A stretch of DNA of 64,000 nt, from assembly GCA_973895155.1 (NCBI GenBank), contig OZ316900.1, forward strand, positions 98,311-162,310. Direction: 5' to 3'. Source of the DNA: Marsupella aquatica. Its lineage: Eukaryota > Plantae > Marchantiophyta. The first letter of the stretch is position 1. Every line of letters starts with the position of its first letter. Position numbers and translations under genes: made by a program. Under the pieces are notes generated by a model. That model had not been told where the DNA came from, did not search any database, and saw only the letters and a program-made list of their open reading frames with translations. Positions 53,580-64,000 of the stretch are shown here, in pieces.

Positions 53580-54627
53580 CGGAGGAAATGGGATTTGAAC
53601 CCATGATACAATATCGTTGTATTTGTCGGGATAGGTCGGCCCTCTCAAGCTTTCCCCCCCTAAGAACCGTACGTGCGAGTTTCCCCGCATACGGCTCAAG
53701 CAACCTGTCCGAAACGTAACCTCGCAAGAGTTATGCTTGCATCATTGGCTACTAGAAGTTGTTCCATGTATAAAACTCTCGCGGCAAGTTAAGTGTTGCG
53801 GGTGAACCCACAGCTCTAAGCCCCTGTTGTCCCTTGTGGCAAGAAAAAAAATGAATTTTATATCCTTTTTATCAAAGTCTCGAGAAATATATAGTACAAG
53901 TCACCCATGCTCAAGTCTGCCACCTTTCGGTGTAGATCACAAGATCCTCTCCCATCAATTACAGACGGGTTTTTGCTTTTTGAGCTGTCCTCTACCCGCA
54001 TTGCGTTACTCCGCATTACCACAGAGCCTCCCGGAAGGAGCGATGCGGGTTTACCAAGTTCCGCGCAATGTAGTATCATCTCCCTCAACAGGAAGAACCT
54101 AGAAAAACCCCGATGGAAATCTGAACCCACGATGATATCAAAATCGGAGATACCACCCCCTTCCACGGCTGGCTTCCTGCTCGGGATGCCTACCATTCCA
54201 ATTTTTCACCTAATTTCATCCAGGAAGGAGATCTTTCGGTTCCGCCTTGAATTGTTTGTTACGAGGTCTCTGTATTAGTTCGTTCGAACTGTTCATCTAT
54301 TGAGGGCCCGCCGCCAAAGGGTCCGAAGGATACTTTTTTACAGGCACTACGTCCTTCTTTGGCTTCACGGGTCTTCTGGCCGGCTTCTTGACGATTTCCG
54401 CACGCGAAGACCCGCCGGTCTCTTCACCCTAGCATTAGCTCGGTACGGAATCCCAAGCATCATTACATTGTCCCTAGAGCTTCACACCTCGAGATTACTC
54501 CCGACGCATGTCCAGGTTGGGTAGGACGGGGGGTTACGTCCTGTGGAATTGAACCACATTACATTGCACAGTTTCTTGTCGCACTGATTTAGCAAACCAA
54601 TGCTTTCAACCACTCAGCCATACCTCC
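53580..54627 (-). tRNA. trnS: tRNA-Ser (GCU) split by a group II intron: exons 54627-54585 (43 nt) and 53624-53580 (45 nt)
   Basis: The spliced product folds as an 88-nt long-arm tRNA with anticodon GCT. Confidence 0.93.
53625..54584 (-). other. Group II intron trnS(GCU)i43
   Basis: GTGCG...CCCGAC. Domain V at ~53663-53700. Confidence 0.92.
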
Positions 54628-54814
54628 AAAGAAAAACAGAGAAATATTTTTGCTTACCCAGGCTTCGGCATATGCGCGGGGGTGCGGAGTGTGAGAAGAG
54701 CTTCGCCAGTATGCCGGAGCTCAAGAGAGAGCTTATGTAAGCTGGGTTTTTTCGAAAGAAAAAAATATATATATATATGAACTGGTTTCTTTCACAATCG
54801 GATTCCAGTTTCAA

Positions 54815-54888
54815 CGGGAAAAACGGGATTTGAACCCGCGACTTCTGGCTTGACAGACCAGCGCTATAAACCACTAAGCTATTTCCCC
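54815..54888 (-). tRNA. trnD: tRNA-Asp (GUC)
   Basis: Anticodon arm CTGGT-CTGTCAA-GCCAG, T-loop TTCAAAT. Confidence 0.95.
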
Positions 54889-54894
54889 AGAAAT

Positions 54895-55600
54895 AATGAA
54901 TTATCTACGATGATTTATTACAAGAAAAAGACCGACGGGAAAAGGAACAAAACTTACAGGGTTTTAGGTAAAATGGGATTACTGTTACCGCATTTTTAGT
55001 TCTCACGAATTGGATATAGAACGTTTTTTAATAACCTATCTTGATGAAATGGAGGTGATAGGCAATCCGTCTACGGATGTCCCGAGACATGCAGCTGTGG
55101 TAGAGGCGGGTCTTATAAATAAAAAAATGGTTTCGAGAGTTACAGTTAAAATTTATGCGGCAGTCACCGCTCACGCACGGATTCATATGTATCAGTTTAT
55201 TCGAACAGAGTCCTGCTATTATACTGATACGGATTCTGCACTGACAAAAAGGCCTCCTCCGCCAGAGTCTCAGGGTTCATCTGCATTGGGTAAAAGGAAA
55301 TTAGAAAGCAGAATAAATAGTGAAAGCTTTTTTTCTGGCACCCAGGGGCCTACATAACTGCGGAGGTTATAACGAAGCGTGAAGGGGCCTTTTAAGTAAA
55401 TTGGGATTGGTTCGAATTGCGTAAGAAAAATCCAAGCCGCGTAACAGAACAGAAGAAAACTCGTAAATTTTAGAATCAATTGGAGCAAGTTCCGTGTCTT
55501 CTCAAGTGAAATACACCTTTCATTAGGTGCATTTGAGCGTAAAAGCGAGAAGGTATACGCACCGGACAGAACGTGGTGAGGACTCGCCGCCGCCCCGTAC
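54895..55600 (+). pseudogene. Second decayed linear-plasmid-type DNA polymerase B (motif B to C-terminus)
   Basis: FLITYLDEM, AAVTAHARIHMYQFIRTESCYYTDTDS (YTDTDS at 55220-55237), SSALGKRKLE, DWFELRKKNPSRVTEQ. Confidence 0.85.
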
Positions 55601-58600
55601 GAGTAACGGAGGGAGAAATGCCAGAACCAAATCCCGAGTTAACTGCAACTCCGTTGAATTCGAGAGACTGGAAAATTAGTAATAAAAAGCAACCATAAGG
55701 TCCAGGCTTTCTTTATCGTAGCCCCCTCACCCGATACCTAGGATGGGAGGGGGGGATAAACAGTGCTTATTCCGATAGTGGCCGTATTCATACATGCCTA
55801 TTCGTGATTCGAGCGAATAAGGTAATGAAAGCATTAAACGGCATGACCTGGCAATAACTAAGCGAGTGAGGGATAAAAACCCCCTGTAAAGCCGAAGAAG
55901 TCTCCTTCGGACCCAGTTTCAAAGCCATCTTCTAATTATTTATGGTACTAACGGATGCTTAAGCCATTAATATATCTCGTACTACTAAGTGGTGGGCACC
56001 GAGCAAATAAAGAACGAAATAAGCAAGCAGAAATTTTATTAATTTTTGCATTATAAACATTAGTAAGAAACCATAATTATTGAAAACGATTACCCTCCAT
56101 GAACAGCCTATGAAGGGCCGAACCCCAGTCATCAAAATCTGGTTTATCGGGAGCGGCCGTAGGAATTTCTGATGCAGCCCACCGGCAGCAAATCCCGAAT
56201 GCTCGTACAACCGCCGCATGTGGCCTTCGGCGGCAGTTTTGCCGACATTCGTGCTCCCAACGCCGCCGCCGCTCCGCGGCGGGCATGCGCCTCAAGTCAA
56301 GCTTTTGCGGCTGTTTTCTCAAAATACGGCGAGAGCATTTCTTTCCATATACGTCGATAAAGTACATCAACTAATCGGATCGTGCGCGTGGCGAGGGATT
56401 GCTAATGGAGCATGCAGGAGGGCATCAAACAAGCGCGCTCACTCGCTGATGTGATTTCTCCGGTTTCGGAAAACCGAGGGTGAGGTCTTCTTCATCTATC
56501 ACTACCAAAACCCTGTTCAAACGCTACACGCTTCGAAGTGCACGTACAAATTGAAGCTTGGAGATAACAAAGTCGAGCTCAGCTCAACATCATATGTCAA
56601 GCGAATTTTAGTTAATCAAAGCCAAGCACTAACTACTTGGCTTCCCAGTGCAAACCCCGTACAATGCCTGTGAGTCCGGTGGCAATTTTCGAACGTATAT
56701 TGAATCAGCCAAGTCAAGATGATTCCCGAATCCAAATGCCGAACCTACCCGCGACATATTGAATAGCAAATATTATTGGTCCTGGTTACAGGCCCTGTGT
56801 CGTGTTCCACAGACCTTTCGACGAAGCGCGTGGTAAGGAACTCAACGAATACGCAAATTATCGCTCTCGAAGAAGGCTGGCGGAAGGCAACCCGACTGCG
56901 ACGAGGAGGCGCCATGCGTTGCACGCGGCGCGGTTCCATTAACTTCTGCGGTTTTACATGTTCGAACGTGTGGCCGATCCACCTCATAACTCGGATAAAA
57001 GTGTGTTTCGGCAGCAAAAACACAAATTTTTTAAAGTTTAAAGTGTTGTTGGATTACCTATCCTAAACCCCTCCAACTGGTTCAATATAATGGATAAGGC
57101 TTTCTAGGATAGCGTTATAAGAACATGCTCCCGGAGCCGCCGCGTTCTATACCATGTCCCATTAGCCCGCACGTTTGACAATTATGTATGTAACTCGCAA
57201 AAACCCATTTGTCAGGTTGGGACCCATCGGGAGTAGTAAGGAAATGACTCTCGGTGGTGAGTGAGGCCCGGCGACCTGTGGCATATCGCGGCTGGCGTTG
57301 TTGGGACAGGCCTTAACATGCCAGAACGCAACTTCATCATAATTAACATGGCTTCCTCCAAACCGGCGGCTCCAGCTCTATAGTTCCGTAAAACCAACCG
57401 TGGAGGAGGCCGAAGCCGTTTCAATACAGGCTCTTTCACAGGTGCCTACGCCGTCCATCGAAACATGAAGCGGGAGATGCAACTTACTTGTGCTGAGAAG
57501 AAGGAAGTAGAGCCAAGGGCGTATGACTCCGGGACTTATACCGAGCTTCGTTTACTACATTCGTCATATGGCTGGCGCAAGAAAATTCCAAACAGGTTAT
57601 CGTGAGCTGGATGACATAGAGAGTCCAGCCTCGTGGCCTAAATAAGAAAGGTTCTGAGCCTGGAGGAGTTCCTGCCGCGCAAGGTTACGGATCCAATTAA
57701 CACACCAAACAAGAAAAGGATAATGATGCACCATTACCTGACACCCCAACCCTTTCCGAATTTCGCCTGAAGACTATTAGTTACGCTGTAGACTTCCTAT
57801 TATGTAAAAATGATTTCGATAAACGGAAGTTCACGGACACAGCGCCCAACGGCAATTATATCGCTAAATTAAAGGTAGAGATTGCCTATTTATTGGCTAG
57901 GGAAAAACCCAGACATAACATAAAATTTGGCAGCTTTCGATAAAGCTGCATTGGAATCGAATACTACAACCAAATATTATCGAGGTATGTGGGAAACTTA
58001 TGGAAGAAAAGAAGGGTCAAGCGCCGGCGCCCTAGTAGATCCAGAGACACAGGGGCCTGGGTGGGAGGCTTACCGGAAAAAACAAGCATCTGGCGCGAAC
58101 CCTGTAATGGGTCAGGAGCCCAGCGTCCTAGTGGTTGGTTCTAAACCCCCCAAGATGCCGGGCCAATGGTGTCTCGGGGGAAGGCACCCCGCGCCCGCAA
58201 ATATAGGTATTAGAATATTATCCTTTCATGGTCGAATCAAAAATATTTTTGATTTGACCTAAACCAGTAAAAATATGTAGGTCTGGACTAGGGGCTTCTA
58301 TAGCTTTGAAAGGTTAAGATCCTATTCATACTGGTTAGGGTGACCATAGAAGTAGGGTGGGCCCTACCTCAAGTTCGAAAGCCTTTTCTGCATCCCAAAT
58401 ACTGTATTGCAGAACAGAAGGGAACACCCCCCTTCTTCTCTTTGTAGGGTTTTTCTGCCGATAACAACAACTCGATGTACTTATCGATTAGGTCCCTTCA
58501 ACAAGCCAATTTATTGCGAGGTTCGGATACGAAATCGAACGCGAAATGTTAATTTCCGAAAAAACGGCAGATTATAAACGAAATTGGGACTAAGGTCTCG

Positions 58601-61600
58601 TCAGCGCTAGCACGCAAAGTCGAATTAAAGAGGCATATGCAGGGAAAGCTCGCACCTACGGTTTGTGGGAAGGCCATTGATCAAACGAGAACACCAGTTC
58701 AGCAGTCACGTGGTTGGTGGCCCATCTTTTAACCCCCACGCACTACGGGCCGCCGCCCACTCGGATCGCGGCGCACATACATAGTGCCGATGGCTTTTCC
58801 CACGGTCTTTTGGGCGCGAGTCGTGTTCGACTGACCATTTTTACTGCACCCAGGGGTTCTCGGAATCGCTTTTTAGAAAATATAGTTTAGTAAGGTAGAA
58901 CAGTGGCGGGATCCCCATCCGTACACGGGGGTTCGAATTCATCTTCCGATACCGACATGCCTTTAAAAGCCTTGACTAGGCGTTTACGCTTTAAACCTGT
59001 CTTCTCATTTGTTTGGGGTCATGGGAGCCAATATCTCGATGCTATATCTTCTGACTGGCGATGGCGGGGTCGTCCCCTTCTCATCGTCCTAAAAAAGGAA
59101 TGGAATTAATGTGATCCCCCCTCCAAAGACGGGACTTACTATGAACTTTTATCTCTTTATATTTTTCTTTCTGGTTCCACAAATTTCATTGTTTGATGTT
59201 TTTACATGTTTTACTTGGTTCCTCAACTGTCTATATAATCACATATCTATTCGAGAAACCCAAATTTGCCGCTCCATCTGATTCGTTCCATTCGGATCTG
59301 TTCCAACTGTTTGTTTCATTCGGGCCTCGTTTGGAAAAGCGTGATAGGGAGGATTACTGGAGTGGCTGTTTCATCTTGTTCCTTATTTCGCATCCAATAA
59401 TGAGCTTATTTTTTAACCCACGTGGCCAATTTCATATTCCACACTTGCGTGTCTGCCACCATCTATTATATACGCTTGCGTCATCATGTGGTGAACGACG
59501 ATCAACTGGAGTTTTATGGCCCTGACCATCACTTCAAGTGGGAATCCTCCGTCCGTGATAGGTGGTTTGAATTAGTACTTCATCGAACAGCACGTAGCAG
59601 GTTTTATGGATGATAAATTGGATTTTCAACACAGCTTTAGGTTTATACCTAAACGAAACACGGGGCAATGCGCGGTTGAAGCAGCTTGAAAATCTAAAAT
59701 TCCTTCTGTTGATACGATCGTGGAAGGAGGCAGACTTGTGGCCGATATGTTGGTCGTGCGGGTCTCGCCGCTTATTTAGCTAATTATAAAGCCAATGATG
59801 AATAGGGAAAATTCATAACTATAAAGAGAATAGGAATGAAAAAGAGAATAGGGATAAACAGCTTAAGTTTCCGCGGGATGATGCCCGAATGCAGTCGCTT
59901 TTAAAAGATGATGTTGATATCAAATTGGGGGCCGCCGCGGCCCTCCCGTTACGGATTACAGAGAACTAAACCGTCCCAGGGTAATTAATACTCTAAAAAG
60001 TAATTATGGGCGTCAAATTCGAAAAAGTCGACCGCAGCCACCATGGAGATACGATCTCAGTATTTTCACAAGAAAGAAATAGAGAGAAATCCGTTGCCTC
60101 TACCAGTAACACAGTCGAGATATCCGAAGTTACACCTATAATCCTCTCGAACTATAGCCTGGGATCCGTCTATGGTTCATTTCGGGAATTGGTATAATTA
60201 CTCGCTCGGGTAGTGATATTCTGAATTATTTCGTGAAAGACATTACACTTTGTTTTAATTACCCGTGCCTGCATAATTTTGGGCTTTATTGATGGATACT
60301 ACTAATTCAGTCAATTTGAAACCATTAGTAGAATCGGATCTTTTTAAACAAATTTCCATGCAGTTTGAAAATTCTTAAACGCATTTTTTTTTACGTAATA
60401 ACAATTTTTATTGAAAGAAATAGAGAATGATGGATCGTCGTATATGAAGTATTACGGTACGGTAATATTATATGAAATAGCAATTTCTATTGAAAGAAAT
60501 ATAGAAAGAAGAGAAGGACCGAACTGTAGCTATAGATAGGGAAATGGGCGAAGAGCTAAGCGTCGTGGACGGCTAAGCATCGTAGACAATTAGCCGTCTA
60601 CGACGGACAACAGACGGGAAATGATACCTTCGCTTTCCGGGATGCTCCGGCCGCCGTTCTTTCGTAGACGTGGTGCAAGGAGGGGAGTAGGGACCTAGTA
60701 CTTGAGAAGTGTAGCGTCTCCATCGGGGGCGGGATGGCCGATATATATTTTATTTTTATTATCTTTTCACTCGGTACCCGGATGGGAGAAAATCATTCCC
60801 GATCTATGAGGGCTCGATCGGCTCTGTGAGGGCTCGACCGGCGGCGGTTCGATCCATCTACTTGCCAGATGCCAGGAGGACGGGTACTCTTGCCTTTATG
60901 AAATGACACGTTATATCGTCGGCCCCCGCCGAACTCAGGATGCGCGAAGCGTATTTGCTTCGTCGCTTTATATCGACTAGCATTTTCGTTCTTCGGGCCA
61001 ATATTAAATTTAGTAGAACCTTATATATTTATTATCATTGATATATAAGGGCATCTAAGAGTAGGTCGTCGCTAAACAACCATCGTAGGAATAAATATCA
61101 TCTATTTCTATATGGCTGAACCACCGAAAAAAAAAGATATATGAATGAACTCTTAAAAAAAAGATGAATCGTCCTCGAGTTTACCCGAAAATATAAAATC
61201 TTCGCTGTTGATAGAAATAATTGAATCGGTGCGCTACGCGCAATTATGGGGTTATATAATCACCCCCGTATGGGACATGTAGGAGCTGGAAGGCGGCGCT
61301 GTCCAGTCACTCCCGACCGGGATACATATTGCATAGATTCGATTATCTATACACCGGAGCCTTCAATAATCCGGCGAACCCCTACAGCCCATTTTGTGTC
61401 GGGCGCCCGCCGCCGAGTTCCTCGGGAATGGTGCTCAGCACCACACCACATTGGACTTGGATAGCACTCCGCTGTGCCCGTCAATAGAGGTATGATAATA
61501 TTATTATCCCTTTTCGTTTTCTTCGAGGTATTAGCATATTATTCCTTTGTCTTTCTCTCATGGGCAAATCAAAAATTGTTTTTGATTTGATCGACACTCC

Positions 61601-62100
61601 GTAAGATACATGGGACCATCCAAGGACTTAAATGGCTTTTTTTGGTTCCAAATCCTTATACTGGGTTTTTTGGTCGACCGGCGGCTCATTTTATTTTTCT
61701 AGATATCAATCTATCTGTCATATCGTCACGTTCGCGGCAGAGTGATTTTCACAATTGGATCACATTCATTTACGGGGGTTCTTCCATCTTGCTTGTAATC
61801 CCCTCATTTGGTCTTTTCCCTGGCTATCCCGACCCCTACTCTACTCCTCACGTGATCCGTCGTCTATTAATGAGATCTCTCCCCGTTCACGTTACTCAAA
61901 TTTGAGTAATAGGATTCTTTCATTATCCCGTATGGTCCGTTTATCCCATCTACCGTAATCTCCATAGCTCGGGTTACCGATACCATAGAATCCATTTTGT
62001 CCCCCCCCCTTTTTTCACATTCTCGTAACCAACATCAATCGAATTATTACATGTATTCAGACGCTAGATTCAATCCATAATTAAGATGATGGAGAACCCT

Positions 62101-62173
62101 TGGGTAATAACGGACTTGAACCGCTGACGCTCTCGGTGTAAACGAGGCACTCTACCAACTGAGCTAATTACCC
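62101..62173 (-). tRNA. trnV: tRNA-Val (UAC)
   Basis: GGGTAAT...TTTACAC...TTCAAGT...ATTACCCA. C27-A43 mismatch. Confidence 0.94.
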
Positions 62174-62321
62174 CAATGTGTCCAATAATCAACTATTGAG
62201 CAGACACAACGAGTGATTTGTTTTTGCAATGGTGTTCGTGGTTTTCCCATAGCAAGAAAGATCTCTTATTTTAGGCACATAGTACTACGGGAGAGAGCAT
62301 TCACTGTGCGGGACATAGAGT

Positions 62322-62378
62322 CCCGCGAAGCGGTTTATATACTTCCAATCCGGAGGATTAATTAAACCGCTTCGCGGG
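62322..62378. terminator. Perfect 16-bp inverted repeat between nad3 and trnV; possible 3'-end or processing stem-loop
   Basis: CCCGCGAAGCGGTTTA...TAAACCGCTTCGCGGG. The function is inferred. Confidence 0.5.
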
Positions 62379-62561
62379 TCGGGGGCACGGAAGAGCCGAA
62401 ATTCCTTTTTGGCTGGAATCCGCACACGATAGATACCCGGCAAGTTTCGTGTCCTTTGGACCAAAAAAGTGTCCGGAGAGGGAGAAAGAGAGCGATGAGA
62501 GCTTCAGCCCTACGGGCTTATATTTTTTCTTTCCACTCCATTCGCTTTCGCGAATGAAGAG

Positions 62562-62778
62562 TTACTCCCAATCTAAAGCGCCCTTTTTCCATTCATATAC
62601 AAATCCAATCGTCAAAATAAGTAAAAATACCATCATAGACCAGAATCCAAACGAACCAATCTTGTTAAGAGAAACTGCCCAAGGAAATGAAAAGGTGACT
62701 TCCGAATCGGATATAATAAATAAAATAGAAACAAGATAAAATCGTATATCGAAACGACTTCTGGCATCATCAAAAGGA
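62562..62778 (-). CDS. nad3: NADH dehydrogenase subunit 3, exon 2 (exon 1 lies beyond the window)
   Basis: [27 protein letters not shown]. 140+217=357 nt expected. Confidence 0.95.
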
Positions 62779-62914
62779 ATAGGGGTCAAGACTTCAGCCC
62801 ATGCATGTAGGGCCTACTGAAGTGCCCTCCGAACCGTGCGAAATAGTTGCCCATTACACGGCTCACTAACTCTACTTACTTTGGTCCCTCTTTCACTACT
62901 TCACTACGGGCGCA

Positions 62915-62966
<52 letters not shown>

Positions 62967-64000
62967 CTTTTCGGTTTCCGAAAACCAATGATCTACCCTA
63001 GGTCTTCCCAATGATTTCCTCTAGGTCTTCCTTATGGGCCTCCGGCGGGTGGTATCTCCGAATAAACAGAATATGTTTCTTCATCCTATCAAAAGCATGA
63101 TTCCATTCCGTGCTCTCCGTCGATGCGCAGAGAGCGGGCGAGGAGCCTTTTTTACAGTGCTGAACAGCCGGAGCCACGCAAGACAGGGCATAGAATGATC
63201 TCGTATTTGTCGGGTTGCTCTGCTTTTTCAGCGATTCCAGAGTTTATACTTATCGCCTTGCAGAGTTTGAGCATCCTTGGGAAGTTTCGCCGGGGGAGCC
63301 AGGGCAGGTGGACCAAGTGAATTAAAACTATTTTGTGCCGCGCCGTACCCTATAGCTTGCTGGAGAGGAGAAGCTAGAGGACTTTCAAGCCGCCTTGTCC
63401 GCCTGTTCGCTTTCTCTCATAGCTAGAGATCCAAGGGCCTAACAGGGAGCAAACCGCATACCGTACCGTGTCGGTCACAGCCAATCTGAGATCCGTCAGA
63501 GTTGCTTTGATAAGCTGTGTAGAGTGAAATCCGCTTAGACCAAGCAGATACCTAGGCCCCTTCCCGATTACTGGTGTTTCCAGTGCCTTCCCCTTCTCGA
63601 AGCGAAGGTTTAGCCGGGTACTGCGGGCCTTCTGACTTCCAACCCGCCTTGGCCGGCGCTCATCTGGCTGGACCTCGCCGGTATCGCCTACAGGCTGTAG
63701 CACTTCGAGATGTCGTTTAGTCGTCTGTCCCCAATGTGTTGGGTAATCCGCCCCCATATTTCCACTCCGACCTGTGGCCTGGCCGATTCTGATCATCTGC
63801 AGGCAGAGGGCGTGACTGCTGCGTCTTTTCGCGTGCGTTCCCGCGTGCGCAAGGCAGCACGGAGTTAGCTCCAGCAGGCAGGGTATGCTTTCCCGAAAAC
63901 GACTCCGATTCGCCATAACAGCACCTCATCTCGTTAGTGCCGGGGGGCTCGCATCACGGTCTCGGGCGGAAAGCGAGGTGGCCCGTAGGGCCAAAGCGCC
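62779..64000 (-). other. Group II intron nad3i140 (3' part)
   Basis: Domain V at ~62829-62866. Ends CCCTAT. Confidence 0.9.
62908..62966. repeat. (AT)n microsatellite of ~29 units inside the nad3 intron
   Basis: Directly visible, with one interruption. Confidence 0.95.

Noticed and set aside
56700-56770. GRFGI peptide on the minus strand as dpo motif B
   Set aside because: Only five residues match, the flanks do not fit, and the orientation is opposite to the adjacent dpo.
61640-61960. Possible cox1 pseudogene fragment (GFFGRP, PGYPD)
   Set aside because: Similarity too short and discontinuous to support without an alignment.

Overview
A 64-kb segment of a liverwort mitochondrial genome, most likely a jungermanniid (leafy or simple thalloid). 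The lineage call rests on the liverwort-type group II intron set (cob i372/i783/i824, cox3 i171/i625, cox2 i97/i250, nad4L i100/i283, rps14 i114, rpl2 i28, nad3 i140, trnS-GCU i43), a nad7 pseudogene that keeps i336 and i1113, and many codons needing C-to-U editing. Almost everything lies on the minus strand. In transcription order: nad3 (3' part), trnV, trnD, trnS, trnA, psi-nad7, rps10, rpl2, rps19, rps3, rpl16, rpl5, rps14, rps8, rpl6, rps13, rps11, rps1, atp8, sdh4, nad4L, (trnY and trnR on +), tatC, cox2, cox3, nad1, cob. Two introns carry long RT/maturase ORFs. The most notable non-canonical content is: (1) two diverged, decayed copies of a linear-plasmid-type family-B DNA polymerase gene (15.7-18.4 kb and 54.9-55.6 kb), the first hidden by frameshifts and not recognisable in the ORF track; (2) a family of short GC-rich modules shuffled through spacers, introns and, in frame, into rpl2 and rps3; (3) several chimeric or duplicated gene-end pseudogenes; (4) a ~60-nt leader shared by rpl2 and rpl5; (5) an iteron-like array upstream of cob. 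All homology calls come from motif recognition by eye; no searches were run.
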